NCBI GenBank assembly: GCA_014728985.1
Contig: WJKS01000097.1
Coordinates: 1-44,107, forward strand
DNA: 44,107 nucleotides
Direction: 5' to 3'
Source of the DNA: Candidatus Aenigmatarchaeota archaeon
GTDB taxonomy: Archaea; Aenigmatarchaeota; Aenigmatarchaeia; CG10238-14
Positions 8,697 through 17,716 of the stretch are shown here, piece after piece. Each line of letters opens with the position of its first letter. Within the stretch, counting starts at the first letter, position 1. The notes beneath the pieces are model-generated. The model worked only from the letters and a program-made list of their open reading frames with translations. It was not told the origin of the DNA and did not search any database. The translations under genes were made by a program, and so were the position numbers.

Positions 8697-11089
8697 TCAC
8701 TTAATATATTTTCCCAATTAACTTCATAAATTTGAACGTCAGAATGATTATATATTAGTGTATAGTGTTCTGGATACTTAGAGAATTTTTTCAGGCCTTC
8801 AGGAGAATAAGATTTATCTTCTATTGAGCCTCGGAAATCAATATTGAGCTCGTTATAGTATTTTTCTAATTCTCCTATGTAGATATAATCAATTTCATAT
8901 TTTTCTAATAAATCTAAAGCCTCGATATTATCATTGGTATTATAGATTTCATCCATTTCTCTCCATATCTGATCTATTAATCCCCTCTCAATGGCGAGAT
9001 GTAATTCCATGTGATCAGTAGAGCCAAGGACCGTTGGTAGTCCCGTATAAACTGAAACTCTAGATGTGTATTGGTATGGTCTGCCTGGAGCTTCAAGTAT
9101 TGTTGGGGTACCTTCTATATTTTTATTTATCCATTTTATTGCTTTGTAGTCATTTGGGTGTGTTCTATTAAGGAATTTAATTCCATTTAAAGTCAGTTTT
9201 TCTTCTTGTGGAGTCAATAGATTTGTTTTTTGAAGTGTAGAAAATATTGGGAATACAAGGTAAGAAAGGAAGATAATAAAGAAGACCATAATAGATACCT
9301 TTGAGAGGATAGAACGAAATTTAGTTCTTTTTATGATTAAATAAATAAAGTACGTTGAAATTATACCTAGAGTTATGTAAAGAGTCCCATAAACTTTATT
9401 CATAAAGACGTATCTACCTTCTAAATTAACTAATTCGCAAATGAGTATGTACAAACAGGAAAATATCAGTAAAATCAAAATAAAGCTTAGTTCACGGTTC
9501 TCTGTTCTTAAAAATTTGAATAAAGACCAAGTAATTGTTGGTAAAATTAACGCTAAAAGTTGAAAATCAAAAATAAAATATTTGATATTTAATTCCGGTT
9601 TCATGGGGAGATAAAATTCCTCATATCTTCTGAAAAAGTTTAGAAATACCACCGACAAGAAAATAAGATATATTATTAATAAAAATAAAGCTAACTTTTT
9701 AAATCTAAAATTTTTGTAAATATCATCGAATATGAAAGCCAATATCGCCAAAATCTGTAGTGAAAAAACAACGAAAAAATGGTATAAACTGGTTTTGAAT
9801 ATTTCTAAACCTATTCCAGTTCTTTCTGTGGTGTTTATATATTGGTTCTGATCATGGGGTAATATTTCTAGGATAGGACTATTTAACCTCTGTATCATTT
9901 GACTGTTGATTAAAAAGAATGAAATAAAGCTCAGAAATACAATTAAGATACTTGCCAAAAATGAGAATATAATATTGGGTTTGATACCTTTAGATATCTT
10001 CAGATCATTGAAGAAAAGTAATATCCCTGACAAGAGCAGCAAGAAGGGGTAATCGTATATGTTTATTGTCATTGAAAATCCTATCATCAGTGACAGAATA
10101 AGTAAGGCGGGTATTATGAAGTTTCTTTTTTTCTTTAGAAGTTGGAATGTAGTTTTTCTGGAATTAAATATGGAAACTAAAATCAGAATAACCGCTGCCC
10201 TGAAAGGTAATGCCAAGAAATGTCCATGCAAATCTCCCCAGATGAAACTCCAGAATGGAAATTCATGTATTGCTCCTGGTATTATTCTACTTGGCCACCA
10301 CCAGTTATAGCTTCTGATTTTACTCAGAAATGATCCTCCCTGCGGAGGGTAATAATTATCAATATACCAGTTTATACCAGGTTTTAGATAGCTTACAGCT
10401 TCAAACAAACCCATCAAATTACCGCAAAAAACAATTAAAATCACGGCAAATATAGCATATTTGAATTTTTTGGTGAGATTAAAAACAATACTGAAACATA
10501 TGACTGAGAGTAGGGACATATTCAGAGCCAAGGCTAGGTTGTATGCATAATGAGTTGGTACATTTGTTAGTATTGATAGAACTGCGATAATTAGATGACC
10601 AGAATAATAGTAATTATCTAAATTAGCAGTAGAAAACCATGTATGCTTTGGGGGAAATGTGTCGGTTCTTTTTAGAGTATTGGTGTAAGCTAAATCGTAA
10701 ACACTCTCCCCCCCGTATATCCCAGGATAAAAGGATCTTATAAAACAGAAAATTAAAAACGTCGATAGGAAAACAATCTCTGTGGTTAATATTATTTTCC
10801 AAAAAGTCCCGTCATTTAGATTTATTTTCTTAAATATTCGTTTAAAATATACAAGATATACATCGATCAGTAGCAGAATTAGCCAAGAAAGAAATATTGT
10901 TCTTACCCCAAATTCGGACATTTTGATGACGCTGAGTATATAGGAAATATATGTTACGAATACAGCTCCCATTATTTTCGAGATTGCATACCCTTTATCT
11001 TTTAAATTTTTGAAAATTGTAAAGCATATCGGAAATGCAGTGATAGATAGTAGTTGGATAAAAATGTACCATGTTATCAGTGGAAGCAT
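8693..11089 (-). CDS. DUF2298 / Chlor_Arch_YYY family giant membrane protein (paralog 2)
   Basis: 798 aa with an N-terminus similar to paralog 1 (FKNLKDKGY), the motif NLDNYYYSGHL and a C-terminal PTILEAPGRPYQY...LPTVLGSTDH domain. A 4-nt ATGA overlap joins it to the downstream paralog. Confidence 0.75.
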   Translation of the reverse strand: MLPLITWYIFIQLLSITAFPICFTIFKNLKDKGYAISKIMGAVFVTYISYILSVIKMSEFGVRTIFLSWLILLLIDVYLVYFKRIFKKINLNDGTFWKIILTTEIVFLSTFLIFCFIRSFYPGIYGGESVYDLAYTNTLKRTDTFPPKHTWFSTANLDNYYYSGHLIIAVLSILTNVPTHYAYNLALALNMSLLSVICFSIVFNLTKKFKYAIFAVILIVFCGNLMGLFEAVSYLKPGINWYIDNYYPPQGGSFLSKIRSYNWWWPSRIIPGAIHEFPFWSFIWGDLHGHFLALPFRAAVILILVSIFNSRKTTFQLLKKKRNFIIPALLILSLMIGFSMTINIYDYPFLLLLSGILLFFNDLKISKGIKPNIIFSFLASILIVFLSFISFFLINSQMIQRLNSPILEILPHDQNQYINTTERTGIGLEIFKTSLYHFFVVFSLQILAILAFIFDDIYKNFRFKKLALFLLIIYLIFLSVVFLNFFRRYEEFYLPMKPELNIKYFIFDFQLLALILPTITWSLFKFLRTENRELSFILILLIFSCLYILICELVNLEGRYVFMNKVYGTLYITLGIISTYFIYLIIKRTKFRSILSKVSIMVFFIIFLSYLVFPIFSTLQKTNLLTPQEEKLTLNGIKFLNRTHPNDYKAIKWINKNIEGTPTILEAPGRPYQYTSRVSVYTGLPTVLGSTDHMELHLAIERGLIDQIWREMDEIYNTNDNIEALDLLEKYEIDYIYIGELEKYYNELNIDFRGSIEDKSYSPEGLKKFSKYPEHYTLIYNHSDVQIYEVNWENILSE

Positions 11090-11131
11090 AAATCAACCTT
11101 TATAAATCTATACATCCTAACTATTAAAATT

Positions 11132-11848
11132 ATGAGTAAAAATAAGAAATTCCAATTAATTTCTATAATTGTCCCAGGGTATAATGAGGAAGAAAATATA
11201 GATATGATAGTTCCTAGACTCCAAAAACTTGAACTTAAAACTGAAATAATATTAGTTGACGATGGTTCTGTAGATAGTACCTATGAGAAATGTTTAAAGC
11301 AGTCAAAAAAATATAAAAACGTCAAGGTTGTCCATTATCCGGAAAATAGAGGCAAGGGTTATGCGATTAAACAAGGTATTAAGAACTCTGAGGGTGACAT
11401 AGTATTACAAATAGATGCGGATGCTCAATTTCTACCAGAGGAGGTACCTAAACTCATAGATCCGATATTGAAAGGAAATGCAGATGTCACATTCGGTTCA
11501 AGATTCATGGAAGATTCTGTAGTGAAGGAAGGCTCTTTAAGTAATAGGAATAGAATAGCTAATAAAGCTGATTCTTGGTTAACTAGTATATTTGCTGGAA
11601 ATAAATTCACGGATATACAAGCAGGATTTAAGGCCTTTTCGAGAGATGCTATAGATAAAATAGATTTCAAAGAGGATAAGTTTGGTTATGAACCTGAAAT
11701 AGGTATAATAGCTTCTAAGAAGAACTTAAGAATAGTAGATGTACCTATAACATATGCTCCAAGAGAGGGGGGTACGTCTAATATTAAAATAATTCAAGAC
11801 TCGATATCTATATTCTCAGCGATAATAAAGGCTTGGGTATCAAATTAA
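11132..11848 (+). CDS. Family 2 glycosyltransferase
   Basis: ISIIVPGYNEE, VDDGSVDST and IDADAQ motifs. I prefer the ATG at 11132 over the ORF-track start at 11054, which would overlap the divergent gene. Confidence 0.85.
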   Translation: MSKNKKFQLISIIVPGYNEEENIDMIVPRLQKLELKTEIILVDDGSVDSTYEKCLKQSKKYKNVKVVHYPENRGKGYAIKQGIKNSEGDIVLQIDADAQFLPEEVPKLIDPILKGNADVTFGSRFMEDSVVKEGSLSNRNRIANKADSWLTSIFAGNKFTDIQAGFKAFSRDAIDKIDFKEDKFGYEPEIGIIASKKNLRIVDVPITYAPREGGTSNIKIIQDSISIFSAIIKAWVSN

Positions 11849-11853
11849 AGGTC

Positions 11854-12834
11854 TTATTTGTAAACAGCCTGATCTCTGGGACCAATTTTCAATCTCCATT
11901 TCACATAGTCTTCAATTGCTTCTTCCACTGTTTTTTTTGCCTTAAACCCTACTTTTTTCCCAATTTTCGAAACTTCTGATCGATGGACAAGTGTCTCATG
12001 AGGTAACATCTCCTTATACTCTATCTCTAAATTATTCTTCCCTAATTTTTCCATGGTCATTTCAGCAATTTCCAGAACTGTCGTTACCTTTCCAGTAGCG
12101 AGATTAAATGTATCGAAACCCTCAACTCCCGAAACTAAAATAGTTCCTTTCACCGCATCATGTATGTTTGTGTAATCAGCTGCGCAGGAAATAAAGTCAC
12201 CGTTTTCAAAAGTCCCATGAACAATGGGTTTCTTTCCTTTTAAAGCTCTTTCAGCGAAGATGGAGAGCTCCCTATCTGGTTGACATCTTGGGCCTATTAC
12301 ATGGTGATATCTTATTACAGGAACATCCAAACCATAATAGTCAACATACATTTTGCAAAATTCTTCCGAGCAGAATTTGGATAATCCATAAGGACCTTCT
12401 GGTTTTGGGGACATTGTTTCCTTGAAAGGAGGTTTCAATTTACCATAAACCTTATTTGAGGACGCAAATATGACCTTTGGGGTTGATTCGGTTAGTCTTG
12501 ACGCTTCCAATACATTTACAGTCCCAATGACATCTACCATTGCATAATCTCTTGGTTGTTTCAAAGCTAACCTGTGACTTGGGAGGGCGGCTAGATGATA
12601 GACTTGATCCTTGTTTTTAATAACTTTTTTAGTTTTTTTGAAATCTGTTACATCACCTTTGACAACTTCAAAATTTTTATTACCGTTTTTACTGATAATT
12701 TCTTTCACATTCCTCTCAGCTTCTATACCTCTCATAAAATTGTCATATATAGTCACTGAATGTCTTTCTTCCAAAAGTTTTTCAGTTAAATGACTTCCAA
12801 TAAAACCTGCCCCACCAGTTATTAAAATATTCAT
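11854..12834 (-). CDS. NAD-dependent sugar-nucleotide epimerase/dehydratase (extended SDR)
   Basis: ILITGGAGFIGSHL Rossmann motif and catalytic YGLSK (YxxxK). The length (326 aa) is typical for UDP-sugar 4-epimerase / decarboxylase enzymes. Confidence 0.9.
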   Translation of the reverse strand: MNILITGGAGFIGSHLTEKLLEERHSVTIYDNFMRGIEAERNVKEIISKNGNKNFEVVKGDVTDFKKTKKVIKNKDQVYHLAALPSHRLALKQPRDYAMVDVIGTVNVLEASRLTESTPKVIFASSNKVYGKLKPPFKETMSPKPEGPYGLSKFCSEEFCKMYVDYYGLDVPVIRYHHVIGPRCQPDRELSIFAERALKGKKPIVHGTFENGDFISCAADYTNIHDAVKGTILVSGVEGFDTFNLATGKVTTVLEIAEMTMEKLGKNNLEIEYKEMLPHETLVHRSEVSKIGKKVGFKAKKTVEEAIEDYVKWRLKIGPRDQAVYK

Positions 12835-12893
12835 TTTAACTCACGTCTCTTTATTAATCGAATTTTAAGTTTTTAGCACACTTAATTTTTTAT

Positions 12894-14963
12894 TCAAAAT
12901 TTAATTTTATCTTCTATTAAAGCTTGAACGATTTTCCTAGCTTCCTTACTAAATATTAAAATCAATACTAATATTACCCCAATAATACTAGCAAAAATTC
13001 CTAGACAATTCCCCCATGTTTTCCCATAATATAATCTAACATTTTCCTGTTCTGGTATAATCATCATAAATGCGGGAGATACTCTATATACCCTTTCTGC
13101 ACCTTCTACCTTCCAGTTAGGGAAATAGGAAATCTTCACAAGTAATGGTCTTCCTATACAGTCAGTCGTAATTCTTATTTCCTCATTTTCTACTTCTTCA
13201 TTAACACTACAAGTATCAGTATAAGGTATTTCCTGAATCTGATTTAAATTTTGATAATCGTAAATTATTTGTTCGAATACTTTTTCGTCCTCAGGAGTAA
13301 TTTTCTCTTTGATAACTAGAGGGGTATCAACTAAATCTATCCTCTCTTTGAACCACTCAAGAGTTATTTCCCTCCACTCATCTGATTGAATCAAAGCAGG
13401 TTTATTTTCAATCGGAACAACATAACTTCCATCATGAGTGGTCAATTCATAAACCTCCAGTTCATCTGCTCCGTAAACCATTTCAAAGTCTGAGTCCTCA
13501 GTTAAATCTGACTTAACATCTTCAGTCACAGCCATAAGATATTTCACGTTAAATAATTCCAAGTGTTCTTTGGCATTCGTTAAATTATAAGGAAGACACC
13601 CATCCGAAAGTAGATAAAGAGGACAGGGACATTTCTTGGAATATTCACATTCCATTGCGTAAATATATGGGCCATTATATGCCGATTGAAAATTCGTTCC
13701 TATTAGAGTAGATTTTGAAAAAACAGGAAAAGCCTCTGCGGCCCTAGAACTCCCCAAACCACTATCATGTTTTTTATCCTCGTATTCAAATTCTACTCTT
13801 CCTGGACCAGCATTGTTTAGGAAATCATTGACCTTTTGCCATGATTCCCACATAGGTTTGGATTCAAAGCCAGAATAATTCCACTTAATCCAAAATGAGA
13901 TATAAGACGAGGCCGAACTCACATAATATGTAGTTAGCATAAAAAGTATTATCGGAATTAACCATGTTCCATTCATTTTTTTAATTATTATAGATAGTCC
14001 TGCTGCTGCTATCAGGAATTCACAAATATAGGAGATAGGAATAAATTTGACAGACATGAAGTGCTCAAATATCGGAATTTCCAGATTATTTAAGGTCGGG
14101 GTTAGGAAATATATTGCAATTGAAGTGAGCAGACAAAGGGTAAGATAAATTATTCTTTTGTCCTTCTTTTTAATCCCGATAAAAATCCCGAATAAGGCTA
14201 AAATCTGCATAAACCTGAAAGAGGGGGGAAATATCATCTTCATTATTTCTGAAAATGAGTTCGGTAAAAACCAGAAATGTGGTATTGAATAGCTAGATTT
14301 TAAAATCATCGGGACAAGATAAAAAGCAGACAGCATTCCGGCCAACGCATAAACCAAGAAGAAGTATTTAATCCTCGAGATAAATTCTTTCTTATCGGAG
14401 GTCACCAATAAAAATATAGATGAGATAAAAGTGTAAGCTGTTATTACGCCATGACTCAAAACTATTAATGCAAATAAAATTCCGTTGAAGATAATGTATT
14501 TTTTATCTTTAATTCCTCTGTAGAAAGATCCGAAAAACAGAACCATCAGAGATAAACTTAAGCCCTGTGAAAATTCCCCGGCCAAAGTACTGGGTATATT
14601 CCCACCCCACATTGAGTAATGTTCAAGAAAAAGGAATACAAGGGAAAACATGGCAGCAATAATGGGAACTGGAAATTTGTATTTCATGAATTTAAAGGAG
14701 AAAAAGGAACAAAAGGGAAGTAATAGAACACCCAACATTGTTATTATCTTGAAAGCCACATGTACCGGTATCAAGAGAGAAAGGATTCCTGAAATAATAA
14801 ATGAGAGCGGAAAATAAAATTGAAATATGGGGAATCCAGCAAACCAACCAGGCGCCCACCCAAGTAACTTTCCCTTGGGTATCAAATATTCGTGAATATA
14901 ATGACTCATATAATAATAACCAACAGTATCTCCCCCACCTGTTGATGTATCTGAAAAGACCAA
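12894..14963 (-). CDS. Large polytopic membrane protein with a periplasmic-type C-terminal domain and terminal TM anchor; a third YYY-motif protein and a possible GT-C-like enzyme
   Basis: About 12 TM segments, then a ~300-aa soluble region and a final TM. It contains GYYYMSHY, resembling the YYYxxH motif of the two DUF2298 genes. The ORF-track start is a TTG, but the frame stays open 36 codons further upstream (to 15071) and encodes a TM helix (see findings). Confidence 0.6.
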   Translation of the reverse strand: MVFSDTSTGGGDTVGYYYMSHYIHEYLIPKGKLLGWAPGWFAGFPIFQFYFPLSFIISGILSLLIPVHVAFKIITMLGVLLLPFCSFFSFKFMKYKFPVPIIAAMFSLVFLFLEHYSMWGGNIPSTLAGEFSQGLSLSLMVLFFGSFYRGIKDKKYIIFNGILFALIVLSHGVITAYTFISSIFLLVTSDKKEFISRIKYFFLVYALAGMLSAFYLVPMILKSSYSIPHFWFLPNSFSEIMKMIFPPSFRFMQILALFGIFIGIKKKDKRIIYLTLCLLTSIAIYFLTPTLNNLEIPIFEHFMSVKFIPISYICEFLIAAAGLSIIIKKMNGTWLIPIILFMLTTYYVSSASSYISFWIKWNYSGFESKPMWESWQKVNDFLNNAGPGRVEFEYEDKKHDSGLGSSRAAEAFPVFSKSTLIGTNFQSAYNGPYIYAMECEYSKKCPCPLYLLSDGCLPYNLTNAKEHLELFNVKYLMAVTEDVKSDLTEDSDFEMVYGADELEVYELTTHDGSYVVPIENKPALIQSDEWREITLEWFKERIDLVDTPLVIKEKITPEDEKVFEQIIYDYQNLNQIQEIPYTDTCSVNEEVENEEIRITTDCIGRPLLVKISYFPNWKVEGAERVYRVSPAFMMIIPEQENVRLYYGKTWGNCLGIFASIIGVILVLILIFSKEARKIVQALIEDKIKF

Positions 14964-15063
14964 ATCCGGTTTGTAGTAATTAAAAAGAAAAAATAGGATT
15001 GAAAGAAGGATTAGGACGTTTATAATAATTTCTTTTTTCCCCCAAATTTTTCTAAGGATAATA

Positions 15064-15456
15064 TCACCATTTCATAACTACAAAATATGCGCCAACTGAT
15101 ATTAAAAGTATTCCTATTATTTTCATTGTAGTTACTTTTTCACGGAAAAATATCCATGCAAAAACCGTGGTTAAAATATAGGCAGAACCTATTAGGGGAT
15201 ATACAAAACTTACGTCCTCCATGGATATTGCGACAAGGTATAAAACAGAAGAAAGTCCGTATAAAGCTACTCCGACGAAAACAAACTTATTAAGGAAAAC
15301 ATTGAAGATTTTTGGGGATATCATCTCCTTTAAGCTGACTTCTCCTACCTCATTCATTCCCCTTTTCATGAATATCTGGGCTGAGACACCCATAACCACT
15401 ACAATACCCACTATTGCTAGGACATTCATCTTATTGACCCCCTTCTCTTCCTTCAT
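15064..15456 (-). CDS. Small 4-TM EamA/SMR-like transporter (ArnE/ArnF-type lipid-linked sugar flippase candidate)
   Basis: A ~120-aa protein with four hydrophobic helices, in a glycosylation operon. The true start may be the internal MNVLAIV (15429). Confidence 0.55.
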   Translation of the reverse strand: MKEEKGVNKMNVLAIVGIVVVMGVSAQIFMKRGMNEVGEVSLKEMISPKIFNVFLNKFVFVGVALYGLSSVLYLVAISMEDVSFVYPLIGSAYILTTVFAWIFFREKVTTMKIIGILLISVGAYFVVMKW

Positions 15457-16309
15457 CTGAACCCTCTTTAACGAATTTAAATTCCAGTTTTTTACTTTTG
15501 ATTTGATAAATTATAAAGATTACTATCAGTACTCCTACTATTGCGAAATATATCCATCTTCCTAATATATTTTCTCCCACAGCTCCGAACATTCCGCTTG
15601 GGAAAGTGGATTTTTCAACTATCCTGACCATTCCGCTAGCTATAGAAGAATGGTGGTATTCCTCATCATATTCAATTGATGCTAAAACCACATAACTACT
15701 ACCTTCTAGTCCGGCAAAATTGGATATTTTGAATACCACTTCCTTTTCCTCTTTTGAGTTTAATTCTATATATTTTTCATTGGAATCGGAGGAAAGCTCA
15801 TTTGGTAAAAATAACTCAACGTTAACATCATGACTTTCCTGATCCATATTTTTCAATTTCAGTACAAGATCCTTAGTTTTCTTTCCATTTACCTCTATGT
15901 TTTCAAATACTCCCGTGACTCTTGACGGTTTAGCTGTTTTGTAAGTTAAAGTAACTGGCGACACAGAAGAAAATGGATATCCATTAGCGTCTGTGTATTC
16001 TGTTAACAAGACCATAGGATAATTGCCCTCTTTTGGTTCATTGATAGCAGTAACAGTAATATTGGATTTATGAGGTTTATTTATAGGTAAAGTACCTACC
16101 AAGACCGTTTCAGAAGAAAAATAATCACTAAGTAAAGATAATTGCACATTATAGGCAGACTCATCCCCAGAGTTTGTAAGGGATATCTGAACTACCTCTT
16201 GATCTGTATTTAAGACCTGAGTAGTTATGGAAGTAGTCAAGGATATAGTCCCGGCTAGAACAATTCCTATTAACATTAGAGAAACAACTAAAATTGCACC
16301 CCATCTCAT
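15431..16309 (-). CDS. Exported protein with N-terminal signal anchor and C-terminal TM anchor (beta-sandwich-like), function unknown
   Basis: N-terminal hydrophobic segment ILVVSLMLIGIVLAG, a Ser/Thr/Asn-rich middle and C-terminal WIYFAIVGVLIVIFIIY followed by basic residues. It is the first gene of the minus-strand operon. Confidence 0.5.
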   Translation of the reverse strand: MRWGAILVVSLMLIGIVLAGTISLTTSITTQVLNTDQEVVQISLTNSGDESAYNVQLSLLSDYFSSETVLVGTLPINKPHKSNITVTAINEPKEGNYPMVLLTEYTDANGYPFSSVSPVTLTYKTAKPSRVTGVFENIEVNGKKTKDLVLKLKNMDQESHDVNVELFLPNELSSDSNEKYIELNSKEEKEVVFKISNFAGLEGSSYVVLASIEYDEEYHHSSIASGMVRIVEKSTFPSGMFGAVGENILGRWIYFAIVGVLIVIFIIYQIKSKKLEFKFVKEGSDEGREGGQ

Positions 16310-16358
16310 AAAAAAATAATAGTTATTGATAATTAAATAGGTATTCTCTGAAAAAAAG

Positions 16359-16369
16359 TATTTAAATAT
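16359..16369 (+). promoter_or_regulatory. Putative TATA box of the 16S rRNA promoter (tatttaaatat); a second similar box ttttaaatat lies at 16401-16410
   Basis: The same 11-mer tatttaaatat recurs upstream of the 23S gene (21943-21953). It is AT-rich and TATA-like, and lies upstream of the 16S processing stem. Confidence 0.45.
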
Positions 16370-16486
16370 CTACAATAGTAATATTAACACCTTGGAAAAC
16401 TTTTAAATATTTTCCAATCGTATTTTGTTTGAACTCGATGATCAGTCGGGAGAGATTGTATGCCAAGCTTGAGCGTGGCTTAAGTT

Positions 16487-16512
16487 TGTAGTCCTAGTAG
16501 GTGAAATTTGTT
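16487..16512 (+). promoter_or_regulatory. 5' strand of the pre-16S bulge-helix-bulge processing stem (partner 18667-18692)
   Basis: tgtagtcctagt (16487-16498) pairs with actaggactaca (18681-18692). ggtg (16500-16503) pairs with cacc (18673-18676). tttgtt (16507-16512) pairs with aacaaa (18667-18672). The unpaired segments are aaa (16504-16506) on one strand and aat(c) (18677-18680) on the other. Confidence 0.75.
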
Positions 16513-17009
16513 AGTGAGATATAAAACTAGTGTGTGATATCTCCAACCAATTCCGGTTGATCCTGCCGGAGGATACTGCTATTCGAATCCGACTAAGCCA
16601 TGCAAATCGAGAGTCTTAGGGACTCGATGGACTGCTCAGTAATATGTAGTCAACCTACCCTAAAATCAGGGATAATCTCGGGAAACTGAGGCTAATACCT
16701 GATAGATATTCTGGTCTGGAATGATAGAATATCGAAAGATCCGTCGTTTTAGGATGGGACTACATCTTATCAGCCTGTTGGGGGTGTAATGTACTCCCAA
16801 AGCTATAACGGGTACGGGCCATGACAGTGGAAGCCCGGAGATGGATTCTGAGACATTAATCCAGGTCCTACGGGACGCAGCAGGCGCGAAACCTTCACAA
16901 TGTGTTAACGCACGATGGGGGGATTTGAAGTGCTTATGCTTTGCATAAGCTTTTACCGAGTTGAAATAGCTCGGAGAATAAGGGGTGGGTAAGACAGGTG
17001 CCAGCCGCC

Positions 17010-17041
17010 ATTCTTTAGAGTGTAAGCTCTTAGAACGGTAA
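17010..17041 (+). other. 32-nt insertion (mini-intron or expansion) inside the 530-loop / 515F site of 16S
   Basis: The consensus GTGCCAGCCGCC|GCGGTAATACC is split by attctttagagtgtaagctcttagaacggtaa. The insert can form the hairpin ttct-tta-gag / ctc-tt-agaa. Confidence 0.7.
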
Positions 17042-17716
17042 GCGGTAATACCTGCGCCTCGAGTGGTATCCATGGTTAGTTGGTCTAAAGCGTCCGTAGC
17101 CGGTCTTGTAAGTCCCTAGTGAAATCTGCTGGAAAACTGGCAGGCTTGCTGGGGATACTGCAAAACTTGGGACCGGGAGAGGGTAGAGGTACTGCTGGGG
17201 AAGGGGTAAAATCCTATAATCCCAGTGGGACCACCAGTGGCGAAGGCGTCTACCTAGAACGGGTTCGACGGTGAGGGACGAAACCTAGGGGAGCGATCGG
17301 GATTAGATACCCCGGTAGTCCTAGGCGTAAACGATGCCCACTTGGTGTCACAAACCTTACGAGGGTTTGTGGTGCCGGAGCGTAGGTGTTAAGTGGGCCA
17401 CCTGGGAATTACGACCGCAAGGTTGAAACTTAAGGGAATTGGCGGGGGAGCACACAAGGAGTGGAGGCTGCGGTTCAATTGGATCCAACGCCGGAAATCT
17501 CACGGGGATCGACAGCAGGATGAAGGTCAGTCTGAAGGGCTTACCAGACAAGCTGAGAGGAGTTGCATGGCCATCGTCAGCTCGTACTGTGAAGCGTGCG
17601 GTTAAGTCCGTTAACGAGCGAGATCTCCATCCTATGTTGCTAACTCGCAAGAGTGCACTCATAGGAGACCGCTGGTGATAAACCAGAGGAAGGTGGAGGC
17701 GACGGTAGGTCAGTAT

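Noticed and set aside
11054-11131. Upstream ORF-track start (11054) for the GT2 gene
   Set aside because: It would overlap the divergent YYY gene start by 36 nt and adds a non-homologous N-terminus. The ATG at 11132 gives the canonical GT2 beginning.
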